Assembly: GCA_046563655.1 (NCBI GenBank)
Contig: CM102290.1
Coordinates: forward strand, 7,812,001 to 7,876,000
Source: Yuukianura sp. NJ FZ-2021
Lineage: Eukaryota
Length of the DNA stretch: 64,000 nt
Direction of reading: 5' to 3'
In this document: positions 36,432 to 48,400 of the stretch, piece by piece
How positions within the stretch are numbered: position 1 is the stretch's first letter
Layout of the letters: each line of letters opens with the position of its first letter
Program-made: the position numbers and the translations under genes
Notes under the pieces: model-generated
Seen by the model: only the letters and a program-made list of their open reading frames with translations
What the model was told of the DNA's origin: nothing
Databases searched by the model: none

Positions 36432-39400
36432 ATGCAGCGTTGTCCCTACTTGGCAGAGATGAAAGAAAGATTTTGGCGAAGTAACAATAACGGGAACGAG
36501 ACCAAGAAGTTGACCGATGACGAAAGTGATGAACTGCTGAAAAGTGTTGCCATGACGACCAAGACCAGCAAACAGTCCACCATTGCCCGCCTCGCCCAAC
36601 CAGAACCAGATGACCCTGATGAAACGATGCCCATGCTTCAACCGTCAGCAGCCATTGGAACTTCGGCTGGTCCTCCAGTAGCTGCAGCAGCCACTTCGGC
36701 CTCTATTTCTGCTCCTGCGCAACCACCTCCTTCCCAAACTGGCGTCTCTACAGTCGTCAAGGTAAATGTTAATGTGCTACACTTCCATTTCATTTTATTA
36801 CGCACTTTCTCATTCCTAAGACTAAAGCTGCACACGCTGCTAGCTAAAAAAACCTAACCGTTAAAACAAAAAATAAGTGACGAACTGTTCAGCAATATTT
36901 CGAAAACTTCCAACCCCGAAGCTGAGCATTTTCTTTATTGAGGGCACGCAAACAATTTTGAAAATCCGTACTTTAAATTCATATCTGAATGCAAAAGGGG
37001 GTTAAAATTCATAAGATCTGGGGTTCCTTGAAATTATTTGGAGACCTAAACACGCCTTCGCTGCTTCTACTACTTGGTGTTGCATTGGATTTAATTTTGA
37101 ATGAAGCTAGAGGGCTATGTAGATCCAGTTTTCATTTTCTTGTAGAGAAAGTAAAATGGCGGTTCTAAATTTATTTACTAACGCATTAGAACAAAATCGC
37201 TCTGTCACTCTGTCTCCCTCTCTTTTGTCTTCCTAAACAATTCACGTCTTCCATGGCTTATTCTTCCATCTTTCTTTAAAAACAAATTTTAGTTTTCAAT
37301 GGAAAAAAAAGTTTGTGAAAAATTGGTTGTTTTTAGAAAAGAAAAGTTCCCTATGTTGTAACTTGTGTGAAATGAAATGAAAGCTGTGAAAACTAAATAT
37401 TTTTGTTTCAGTTTTTCCGTTGCAGAGTAGATCCAGACTAAAATTACACTTCAACGTCATCCGTCACTTCCATTTAAAGTAAAGCCGCTTATGTATACTA
37501 GTTCAACAACCTGAAATTGTATGAAGCACGGGCAGTAATACACGCCCGGCACCTTCCCGCCCTACAATTTCAACTTTTCCACTCTTTTGTATTTTAAATA
37601 ATAATTTCAGTATTGCATACTTTGGAAGTTCAGGTTATAGGTAACGATTGTGAATCGTTACATGTAAGGGTACGGAACTTTGTGACTAAATTTCATTCGT
37701 TTACTCTAAAAAATTCAGACATTCTAAAAATGTCACCAATAGCAAGATCAAGTAAAAAAAAATCAGGTGAAACCTTTGTTCAAAGACGTTCGGAAACGTT
37801 GCTTAAAACGAATTGTAAAATTTATTTTTCGAATTGTCAAAAATTTGAAAGTCACTTTGGGACTTTGGAGGAAAAAACATTTTTTTTTTGCTCGTACAAC
37901 ATTTCAGGTTTAATTTGGACGAACTTTTTTTTGTAACCCTTTCCTTCATATCAAAAACTTTCTCCTAAGTTGAGAAAAATGTGAAGTTCAAAATGCCTCC
38001 GAATTTTTTCTAAAGAGGCGGCTTTTAACCTGCTTTTAAACTTAAGACTCTGGCACACCCTGTTTCCGAAGTATTAAATTTTCCAGAAAATTGGTTGCAG
38101 CCCATGTTTGAACATAGGCTAATTGCATGTTAGAACAGTACTCACGCATGAGTGGTGTATCAGGATAATAATGAGATACCGTTCAGAAACGAACCCTCCG
38201 CTTCAGTTTCCTTCCCTGTCACTTCGACTCCAGAAATCGATTTTGAGCGAAGCGGAATTTAAAACGTTAGAAATAATCTTTAAAATCAACAAAAACGCAC
38301 ATTCCGGTCGATCGTTCAAGTCGAAAAAAGGAGAGACACGACTTTCTGACATTCGATAAAAATCTTTTTTCTACTAAAAATTAGAAACAGATGGAAAAGG
38401 AAAGTGTCCAGAAAAAAGACATTTCCTCGTTTTTTCCACTTTCATTTTGGCTGTCACTATCATTGGGCACATTTCCGCTGGAGGTCATTGCACGCTCTGC
38501 TAAGGAAGGTCATCGACGTGTAATTGGATTTCAAGTTGGTTGTGGATCCTGTTGGATTTACGATCTTTTATGAGTAGACCATCATAGCTGACACACTGTC
38601 TAAGCTTTTAGTTTAGTAAGCTAAGGGTGGTCGAGCGACTAGCTAGGATCAAAGTAGCTCAAAAGATCGCAAGAGGGCAGCCCCGCGTTTTCCCTAATCT
38701 AGAGCTTTTGAATCTCCCTCCGGATAAACCTTAAGACTTTTATGATTGTCGCCTTGATTATTACACAAGCGACACTTGGAAAGGAGACCTTGTTGCTGTA
38801 ATTTTGATAGCGACAATGATGATGGGACGGATCAAAGTCAAAATCTCATTTGATGACTCTTTTCCTGCGTCTAGGTCTCCCCTACTTGCTTTGTTTCCAC
38901 CGTTAGATGAGTCACAGTCACTTGGGTTCCTTTTGTTTTGAAAAGTATCTCCTTGACTTGTTTGGGTTTTGGTTGAATTCAAAAACTTTGGACAAGCGGC
39001 GGGGGTGGTGGATCGATGGCGGTTTGCTCCAGGGAGATAACTGGGGTGCTCTGTTTCCATTTTTTCTCATTTCAATTTGAACGTTTCCGCGCGCGCCATT
39101 CCAAAACCTACAGCGAAAGAAAAAAAAAGTGAAGGGAGGGCCTTTTGGTGGCGCGGAGACTTGACTTTCCCCCGTGTTCAAACAAAGTGACTTTCCCTCG
39201 CTTTTCACCAAAACCCTTAAACCTTAAGCCCGTTTTCAAACTACTTCCCTTTTTCATTCTGGACAAAAGCCATGTTAATCCTGGTCTTGCAAAAAAAAGA
39301 GCGAGCGCCTTGAAAGTCCATTTCCAATCAGTAGAAAAACAGGATTTTCGAGACTTGTTTTTGAAGATCTAAAAAATTAGCGTGCACGCTAAGAGAAGGA

Positions 39401-42400
39401 CTTTTTCGAACAAATTGAACTTTCTCTTAGGTTTGCTTGTGGCACTCCAAGGTGTCGAAAGGGGATTTTCTGGATCTGGTCCAATTGATCATGTTGTCAC
39501 TCAAACAAAATGAAATTTCAAATTACTTGTTCCTTGAATTAAATTACTTGTTTGAACATGGCACGTGGAATGTATATGTTTCGAAAACTTTGTCATTTTT
39601 AAAAATTGGAAATATTTTTAGGCAAGGATGGAACAAAAATTTGACAAGTTTGAACCGTATGTTTTTTTGCGGAACGGCTTCCGGAAACAGTCAGGTGAAA
39701 AGTTAGTGATCTAAATAAGGTTCGTTTGTTGATGAAATCGAACATTTCATGTGGAACTTTTTAGGAAATTTGTTATTTTTATCTTCCTGTTTTTGACAGA
39801 AGTTTTTTTTAACAATCTTTCTTTGTCGTTTACAGTATTAGTTTTTGTTGACAAACTTTTTAATTCAACACGGTTTTAGGTGACCCGTCACAACTACCAC
39901 TTGGGTGACATATTAAATTTCGGCGCGTGCGCATTTCAAAGAATTGTCAGATAGAAAGGATTTACGGACTTTTCTGGGTTTTGTCGTTATACGCAATTTT
40001 ATGACTTTTCCTACATCGTACACCTTCCACAAAGGCAAATAACATTGCTTTTACCACCAACAGTTGCATTAGTAGTATCAGCATTTATCTGTGTTTGGTA
40101 TTTAACCAACAAATATTATTTAAACAATCATTTTCTTTTTGAAATATTTGTTCCTCTTAATTACAAACGCCAACGGCTAAAAGTTTTCTGAAAGTTTCGA
40201 AATGTCTACAATTTTAAAACTTTAAATTTTTTTCGGTATTCTTTTATTAATATTTTTTGGTTGATAGCGTGCCATTTGTCTCCGGAAACTTTTGTAAAAC
40301 ATTCTTTGACAGAAATTCTTGAAGAGAAAAAATTGTGCGCTGAGTTTAAGTTCTTTTCGACGTTTATGAATCTCAGGTGAAATTTTTTTGTTGAAGTTCC
40401 CAAAGCCTCTGGCGATTGTCTGAATCCTTTTTAGAGAAGAAAGTGAAAGCAGAAGTTTGATCTTATGAATCATGAATCATGATAAAGGAGAAAGCGAATA
40501 CTTTGATGCTTTAGGAAGATGTTTTCCCGCGCCTCAGATTCCTTATTTATAGGCACTTTATTGCTAACCACCATGCTCAAACGCAGTTATGGTTTATCAT
40601 TACTTTCACTTTCAAGTTAGTACATCATCACTCTCGCCCCCAGGCTGAATTCCGCAATGTCGTATCATAAATTCCATTATCGTAATTTCCATGTTATATT
40701 AATCATTTATTAACATTAAGATTGTAGCATATTAGTATATGTTTTCACATCAAATTTTTGAACGTGACAGCAACGAGGTTTGAACCAAGTCAAAATTTCT
40801 TTCAACAGATTTCAATCGACCACGACCGTTAGTTAACCTTAGTGCACATTAGTAGCATCCCTGTACAGTGAGTAGACCTAGTTTTTATGTGTGTGGACTT
40901 TTTTTTTGCTATTTCTACTGAATTTTGAATTTAAAATTCATCGACTAAAATTTAATTGCTAATCCATAATTGGATTTTACTATTTTTAAAACTCAGACCA
41001 AAACTAGGTATTGATCTATTGGTTTGCATTTCTCATTGCTCTTCTGTCTCTATTCGAATTACCATTCCGTTAGTGAATTTGTTGACATTAGGTTTGGTTT
41101 GCCATTGGTCGAGCAACATTGTTTGGAGACAGTTGGTGAAGGCAGGGTCATTGACCCTGAGATCTAAATTCGGAGTTGTTTGGTCACATGGGGTCGGTTA
41201 CGTTAGGTTTTCAAATCTTTGTGTTAGAGGTAGTCAGTGATCGGTGTGTATGTTTGAGTTTCCAAACACGTCCACCGGATCTAAATCTGTTGAATCCAAA
41301 TGCTACAGGAATGGAATCGGAGTTCCGGCTTTCTTTCAATCTTTTTTGCAGCTACGAAATAGGAAACAATGGAAAAGGTGATTTGATTTGGACCTGGGGC
41401 TTCGAACTGTGGCAAACAGAATATAGAAGGTGTTTTAGTTCACCGTTTAGTTAGTGGGTTTGAGGATATCCACAATTCGGTACACAGAAAACACATTCTA
41501 CACACAATTTGTTACTACACGGGAGTTTTCTCATGTTGTGATTGAAGACATTCTCGTTTTTTTTTATCGAAACCTGTACGAAAGTACTCCAAAGGCACAT
41601 GCGATTTTGCATTGAGGTCGAATCTGTGTTTTTTGTTATTGAAAAATCCTTTCCTGCTTTTCGGTTCCATCTGCAAGCCTTTTCCCTTTTTCTCTATATT
41701 TTTCATTTTATTTTAAATCTCTTTGGCTTTCCCTAGAGAATAAGAAGCTTTCTCCTTCTTTTTCCTTCCGCAATTTCTATAATTCCGATGAACCAAAATA
41801 CTTCACTTCGAAAATATTTAAATTCTCTGTTCAAGAAACATGTGCCCTCTACCCACGTTATTCTCAACTGCTGCGACGTTTTAAAAGGAATGCCATCGCC
41901 CTCTGTACAATGTACAACTTTCCCCACTCAAATATTCTCATTTCTGGGCTTTTACATTTTTGTTGATGGAGCCCTTTGTACTGCCACTTCCATATAATTT
42001 TGAAACATTCTGTACTTTCCCTCTCACCGAGGAATTCCATTTCCCGAATCCAAACTTTCTCCTATGCTAATGCATGGAAATGAAGCACTTTAAAGTCATA
42101 AAAGCTCTTAAAACTTGTTTCCGCAATGAGATATGCATTTCTTTGAGTTACTGAAGGATGGGCTACATGGATTAGCAGTGTTCAGCAAACTCCCATTTAT
42201 TCCGAAACAACTTTTGTCACTGTCACATAAATTGCATTGCGTTCGTTTCCTTTCAATTTATGCTCATAACCTCTCAAAACTTTTTAAACTGGAAGAAATG
42301 TTAAAAAAAGAACTTGGTTTTGAATATATGCGAAATGTGCATTGCAAAAAATATTCTTCCAAACATTGATCAAATTTTTGTGTTGTCTTTTTAGGTAAAG

Positions 42401-45400
42401 TTAGATGGAACTGGCTCTCGCACGGTGACTGAGCGGCCGCCATCTTTTATCTGGATCCAACAACCCGTCGGTGTTCAAAAGTGGTGTTGCAGCTATGGGT
42501 ACAAATTTCCTAAAAATGCCAAGTAAGTTACTTTAATTTTTTTTTCGAAAAAGTTGCAAGATGCATGTCTTTTCCCGCGAAAAAAAAAGCAAGCCCAATA
42601 CCCTGCCTCGAAATTTGTTGAAACTGAGAGAATCTGAAGACGAGTCTTTAGCGGCCATTTTGAATGTTGAATGGACTTGCCGAGCCGCTATAAAAATCTC
42701 TCTGATCTTGGCGACCAAAACGTCCCACGAGAACGTGATTTAATATCATTCGAAGCGCGAAATTGGAGGTGACCGTAACTTTGAAAGTTCCCGCCAACGT
42801 CTAACGGGCTTCTTCACTAGTGCTCAAATTCCATGTTTTTCCTAGTTCATTTAAGAAATGGGCTGCTGGAATGGTCGTTTCCCGAAGGCTTTTCCAGCCC
42901 AATCTCTCTTTAGGGAAAAGTGGCTTGAGAACTATTCCAGCTGCTTCCAGTGGAAATGGAAAATTGTGGCCAAAATAGTCGACACGCACTGTTGCCACTG
43001 TTCAAACGACCAAGTTGTCCTTCAATGTCACGAAACTGGACACGAAAAAAAAACAGTTCCTAATAAACTTCCTGCCAAATACGAATCTAAGCAAATAAGT
43101 TCAACACACGAGTTTTCTGCGGGCTCACTTTACACAAATTCCTCAATGATTATGAGGTCAAGCGTCGTCAATTTACTATTAGCAATAACTAAAGAAATAC
43201 ATATTTTTTCTCGAAATTATGAGCTTACAAGACGTCTAAGTTTTCGAGTTTTTTTAATTCACGAGACCATATACATACAATTGATACGGATTTCTGATTT
43301 TCTGAAGCCTTTTACACCTTGCTTGAAGCAGTAGGTGAAATTTCGAAATTTTGTGAAAATTGGAGCTTAGATTGACTAGGTTGCCAAGTATTTCCTGAGT
43401 TAATTTTGTGAGTAGGATGTCGTTAGACTTTTTCAAAACAATTTGTGTGATTCTGAGACAAGTGCGTACGTGTTCCGTGGTAGTTAGTAAGGTTTCAGTT
43501 TATTGCAGCTGACTAACCAACAGCAGTCGGTATATTGTGTGCGTGGATGTTGTTTATGTTGAATCTGATGTGAAAGTTAAGGGCACCCTCACACATCTCC
43601 CTCAGAATTGCTGAAGAAAGCGTTTGGAGAAAGTGTTCTAGTTCTATTTGAACAGAACTACAACTTTTCTAAACATCCACGCAGCGTTTCCTACCACTAT
43701 GTAGTAGGGCTACAATAATAACAAAAAATATATAAAAAAAAAAAACAATGGGGAGGCTTGGACGAAAGGGTGGAAGCGGGAATCGATAAATTGGTCTACA
43801 CGCACTTAAGTGCGTCCCATGAAGAAAGAAGAGCATTCGGCTTTTATTTTGACGGCGGCGGAGCCGTGGCTCCCTCCAGAGCAGCCACCACGATCCCCGT
43901 GAGGTTAGGTTATGTAGGTCTCCCAAGTACTATGAAAAAGAGAAAGTCCAAGGAACATTCCACAGGATTCCTTTGCTAAAGTTTAAATTCCGAAGACAAT
44001 CGCCAGGAGACGCTGGCGTTGCAATCTGCCGCTTCCAAGCCACTCCAGCACTAAACAGAGCCTAAGAACACGAGCTTTTCGTTTTTAAATAACTTCCGAC
44101 AAGAACATTTCCTGCTCCGTCGTCATTTGCTCCTTTCTCCAGCAGTAGGCCGCCAGAAACGCAGTTCTCGTGAGGATCAAATTTCTTCTGTCATGATTAC
44201 CACCCGCTCAGTATTTCAGTTCTGAAATAATGGGCTTCCACTCTTGGCCAAAAGTCTTAAAAAGGCGTGAGCTGAATTGATTGGACTCCAAAACGCACTC
44301 TTATCCCATGCAGAGCTCTTAATTCTAACTTTCTCTCGTCCACCAACCACCAGAAGTTACACAGTCCAACTTTGAGTGAGCGTCCAACAGGTACACTGGA
44401 CGACGTCAAATCTGATAAAAATGTCATGATTTGGCTCAGGTTTTTCATGGAAACGATTAGACGAAGAGAAGATAAATTAAAAACTACCATATCATTTTTT
44501 TTAATTTAAAATGTTCCGGAAGAAGTCCAAACGTTGGTGTAAAAACAAACTTTGGGTGTGGCTTATTTTTTAAATGACGATATTTGTTTTAGTAACTTTA
44601 TTTACAGCATTCCTAATATGTTTCCGGCAATCCGTTCGACCTCTTGTACCGCAGAATCTGGAAGTCGTCAATGTCAAATTGCCTTGTCATCGAAGATGCT
44701 TTACGATTTTGCTGAAAAGATTTATAGTGGCGACTTAGATGTGGCTTCTAACGTAGCAAGCAAGGATTTAAAGTGTCTACCAAGATCTTGGTGGTTAATT
44801 AGTTGATCTTTGCTTGGGATTGTTCTAGTTGTCTCGGATTCAAGAATTAGGAAATTGAGGATTGTGGGATTAGATGATTCAGAAGAGGCTAAAAACGGAG
44901 TCTGTGAGTTTTAGTAGGATGTTGTTGGGATATAAGAGTCCAAGTTAAGAGCGAAAGTGTTCTAGAGGGTAATGCCCTCGAAGGGATAGGTCCAGCTAGC
45001 CGAACCTAACCTAGGCAGTGCGGTTGGCAATCTTGTGTTGGATCTTCTGGAGGGGACGGGACGCCAAAGTGAAAGTGGGTGGATGATATATGAGAGTCTC
45101 GTCGTTGAACCGACATCCTTTTCTCCGGGCGAAACTCTCTGTCGATGTTTTCGGGCATGAAGAAGAGGGAGCGGGTTGCCATGGCAACTGGAGTCTGCGG
45201 CCTCCAACATCTTCTGAAAAACGGATCGAAGGTCTCTGAGGCTGGGCAAATATTTCCAGGCGGGACCGACGCAGTCTGAAAGACTCCAGAACAAGCTCTT
45301 TTTGAAGCTGAAGCCATTTTCCGTTTTCTCCTTCACCCCAGAGATTCTTTCCACTTTCCTTCTTCACTCCAGAAACTTGTTCTCTCCCTTTTCTATTGTT

Positions 45401-48400
45401 TGAACCTTCACCACAAAACTAAAACTCTCTCCAGTTAAGTTCCAAACTTGAAACGGTTTCATCTTTGTACGTAGCTCTCAAGGAATTTCAAAAATTCCAC
45501 TTTTAAAAACTCAAGTCTCGTTAGGTTAGGCCTTTTTGAACCGAGTGTTCCAGAAGTCAGTGTTTAGCTCCAGTCCTGGACAAAATGGGTGGAGGGCAGC
45601 AGGTCCATGTGGCCACAGTGGAGTCGGAAGCGGAAGGCTACAAGCAGATTTCTGAAGCAGCTACTTTGCCCATGGGTGAAAAGAAGCAGGGAAAGTCTTC
45701 CAAGGAAAAAGACAAGGACAAAGACAAGGAAAAGACTCCGAAGGAACCTAAGGAGCCCAACCAAAAGAAGGTGCCGAAAGAGCGGAAGATGAAGAGTGTC
45801 ACCGTGGTTGAATGTACTGGTGGACCCGGCGGACCACCAGAAGAATTCCCACTACCGCCTCCAGAAGACACGCTACTCAACCTAATTGTTCTCAATAGGT
45901 AGAATTCAAACAGCTCTTAAATTCAAACCTAATTACTTTTAAGTTGAAGAAGCTTTTTGGAATTTACGGTCAGGAATAACTTCAGGAGCAAAAACCTAAC
46001 GTTTTTGTTGTTGCAGAAGAGATGAGTCGTGACCTCTTAAGGTTTTGGCCATCAAATTGTTTTATAAAAAATGTTGTCCCCCTAGTATTAGTCCGCTCAA
46101 TAGTCCATGTCCTCAGCCTAACAACTCGTTATGATAATCAGGTTGTTGTTTCTTCAGCTGGGAAAATGTGAGGTGGTTTGTAGCGCCTATGGTTAGTCCA
46201 AATACTGTAAACCAGTACTGCAAGGGATTTGTTTGGGTTCACGTTGAAGCTTAAATGGCAAAAGAATAGTGTGTGGCACTTTTGAAAGGTATAGCAACAC
46301 TCCAACCGCTCGTTCACTGGGTGCTGGGTTGGATTTGGATATCCAGCAGTACCAAGGCGAACGACGCTTTCCATGAGCAAGGACAAGCCTCAAGAAAAAG
46401 TAAACTTTAGGCATTGAGCCGTTTCCAACTCGAGTCCACAAATCCTGGACAAGGGAGTTTCGTTTTGGCACGTTAGGACTAACTTGACTCTGGAAATCAC
46501 AATTTTTGCAACGGGAGTCACCTTCTCTGGATAACTCAAAACAGAAACTTTTACTTATTTGTACTTCAGAAACTTTCTCCCTCCATGTTTTGAAGTTTAG
46601 AATTTAAATGTGTTTTGTGCGGTTTGGTGAAAGTTAGAAAATAGCAAGGGTTACACTAGTTCTGAGCTTAAACAAAGGATAAGCGAAAATGACTTCGGAG
46701 AGAGTCGGCAGGTATATTTTAGGCTATTTTTGGCAATTCGAAAACATGCTTCAAATTAGCGTCTTGTTTTGGAATTCACGTTTTCAGCGTTGTTTGTTTT
46801 GAGATTGAGTATCTGGTATCTGTAACGAAAGGGAAAACCGGAAACCTTTAGCTCGGATATCATGTTTCACTGGATTCTGATTTCTATTCAAACATTCTAT
46901 ACTAGACGGAGTTCCATTGTTCCGCGCGCGGTAGTTCAAATTTGATAATTTCGGCGTCTAGTTCTTTTGAAGTTTGCCTGTATCACGAAGACGCGTTTCA
47001 ACTTTGAGCTTTGAATGTTTCACTTTTCTGATTCAAATTCTGCTGATGTCGTATCTAATGATGGAAGTTTCTTTACTAAATATAGACCCACTTCAACTGT
47101 GGTCGTGTCTGATTTTGAAGAGACACGGACACTATGTTAATATTTCTCTCACTCTCCTCCATAAACTTTGGCATGCTTAATTGAAGTTCTAATTAATCGT
47201 TGATTGTTCTTGTCTTTTGTTTTGTCCTTAGAACGTCTCTGTTCATCATCTCGAGTGCACTCTACTGCAAACTGGCTGTCCTCGTCTGCTTAACTGCACT
47301 TCTCGCAGAAGTCGTGACGGTCCATGTTCCGCTATATCTCTTCGAGGTAAAGTTTCTTTGAATTACTTTCAATTTATTCCAACAGCCCTGGCATAATTGA
47401 ACACCCAACGAACAGAGAACATGTTCGTTATAGACGTCAATAGTAAGAACGGAAAAGTGAAAGTGCGAAAGTCTTTGTGGAAACTAAAACAATGAAATGG
47501 AAAGTATCTCCAGAGGCAAAGAAAAGTTTTTTTTTGGATAAGAAACCTTCTAGCAAAAAAAAAAAGTACCATCGACATAAGGAATTGATCCGTTCCTTTC
47601 TGCCAAAAACTTTAGACTTTTGTCCAAGTCCTTTTTTCTTTTTCGTCTCTTTTCTTTTTGTTTGTATTTGAGAATCAACTCAATTTAGAACATAGAAAAG
47701 AGTTCAGCATCAAGGAGTAACTTAAAGTACACAAATATTTACTCAGAAGCATCGAAAAACAAGAGGAAGGAAAGTAGGGAAAGAAAATCTTTCTTTCCTT
47801 TGTGGAATAGTAAAAAAAAACAGATTTCACTTTCACACGACTTGAGTCCTTTCAGATTCTGCTCATTCAGTGGAGTTCGAACATTTTCACAAAGGGAAGA
47901 ACTATTTTCTTTAGAAAATTTTCTCCAATTGAAGTGGATTTCGGATCACTTTCAGTAATTTTTGATGAAATGTTTTCAGAATCTTAGCCCGAAACCTTGT
48001 TTTTTGTTTTTTTCATTGAGCAACGACACCTTGAATAGAGTTCGGAACCGACATAGTCCGGAGAATTTGAAAGATAAAATGATCAATTCGAAAATTGCAC
48101 TGATTTCTTTGTCTTTGTTATTGTTAGGGCATTTTCACCTACTTGTACAGTGGAAGCATTTTGTTCTTCCTCTACGTCTTCTGCTATCTACTCCATGACA
48201 CTTCGCAGAAGAAGCGTCAGAAGAGTCGAGACAAAAATAAGGAGCCGAAGAAAGACGAAGAAGCTGCTGGAGATGCTGCCGATCCGAAGGCGGGTAGTGA
48301 ACGGAAACAGTCGTTTCTCCAAGTAAGTCTGCAATTCCTTGCCTAACATTTGAACAGTTTCCTGTTTACTCGTCCATTTTGCCCCTACATTCTTCATAAG

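Noticed and set aside
37426..37478. Alternative phase 0-to-2 linker exon for the otopetrin (SRSRLKLHFNVIRHFHLK)
   Set aside because: The donor is weak. Exon 42395-42522 has a consensus donor and gives the expected KNAKTSLFI junction.
44962..45367. Three overlapping minus-strand ORFs of 103-130 aa inside the otopetrin gene
   Set aside because: They have non-ATG or weak starts and no recognisable family. A GC-richer alternative promoter or 5' UTR explains them better.
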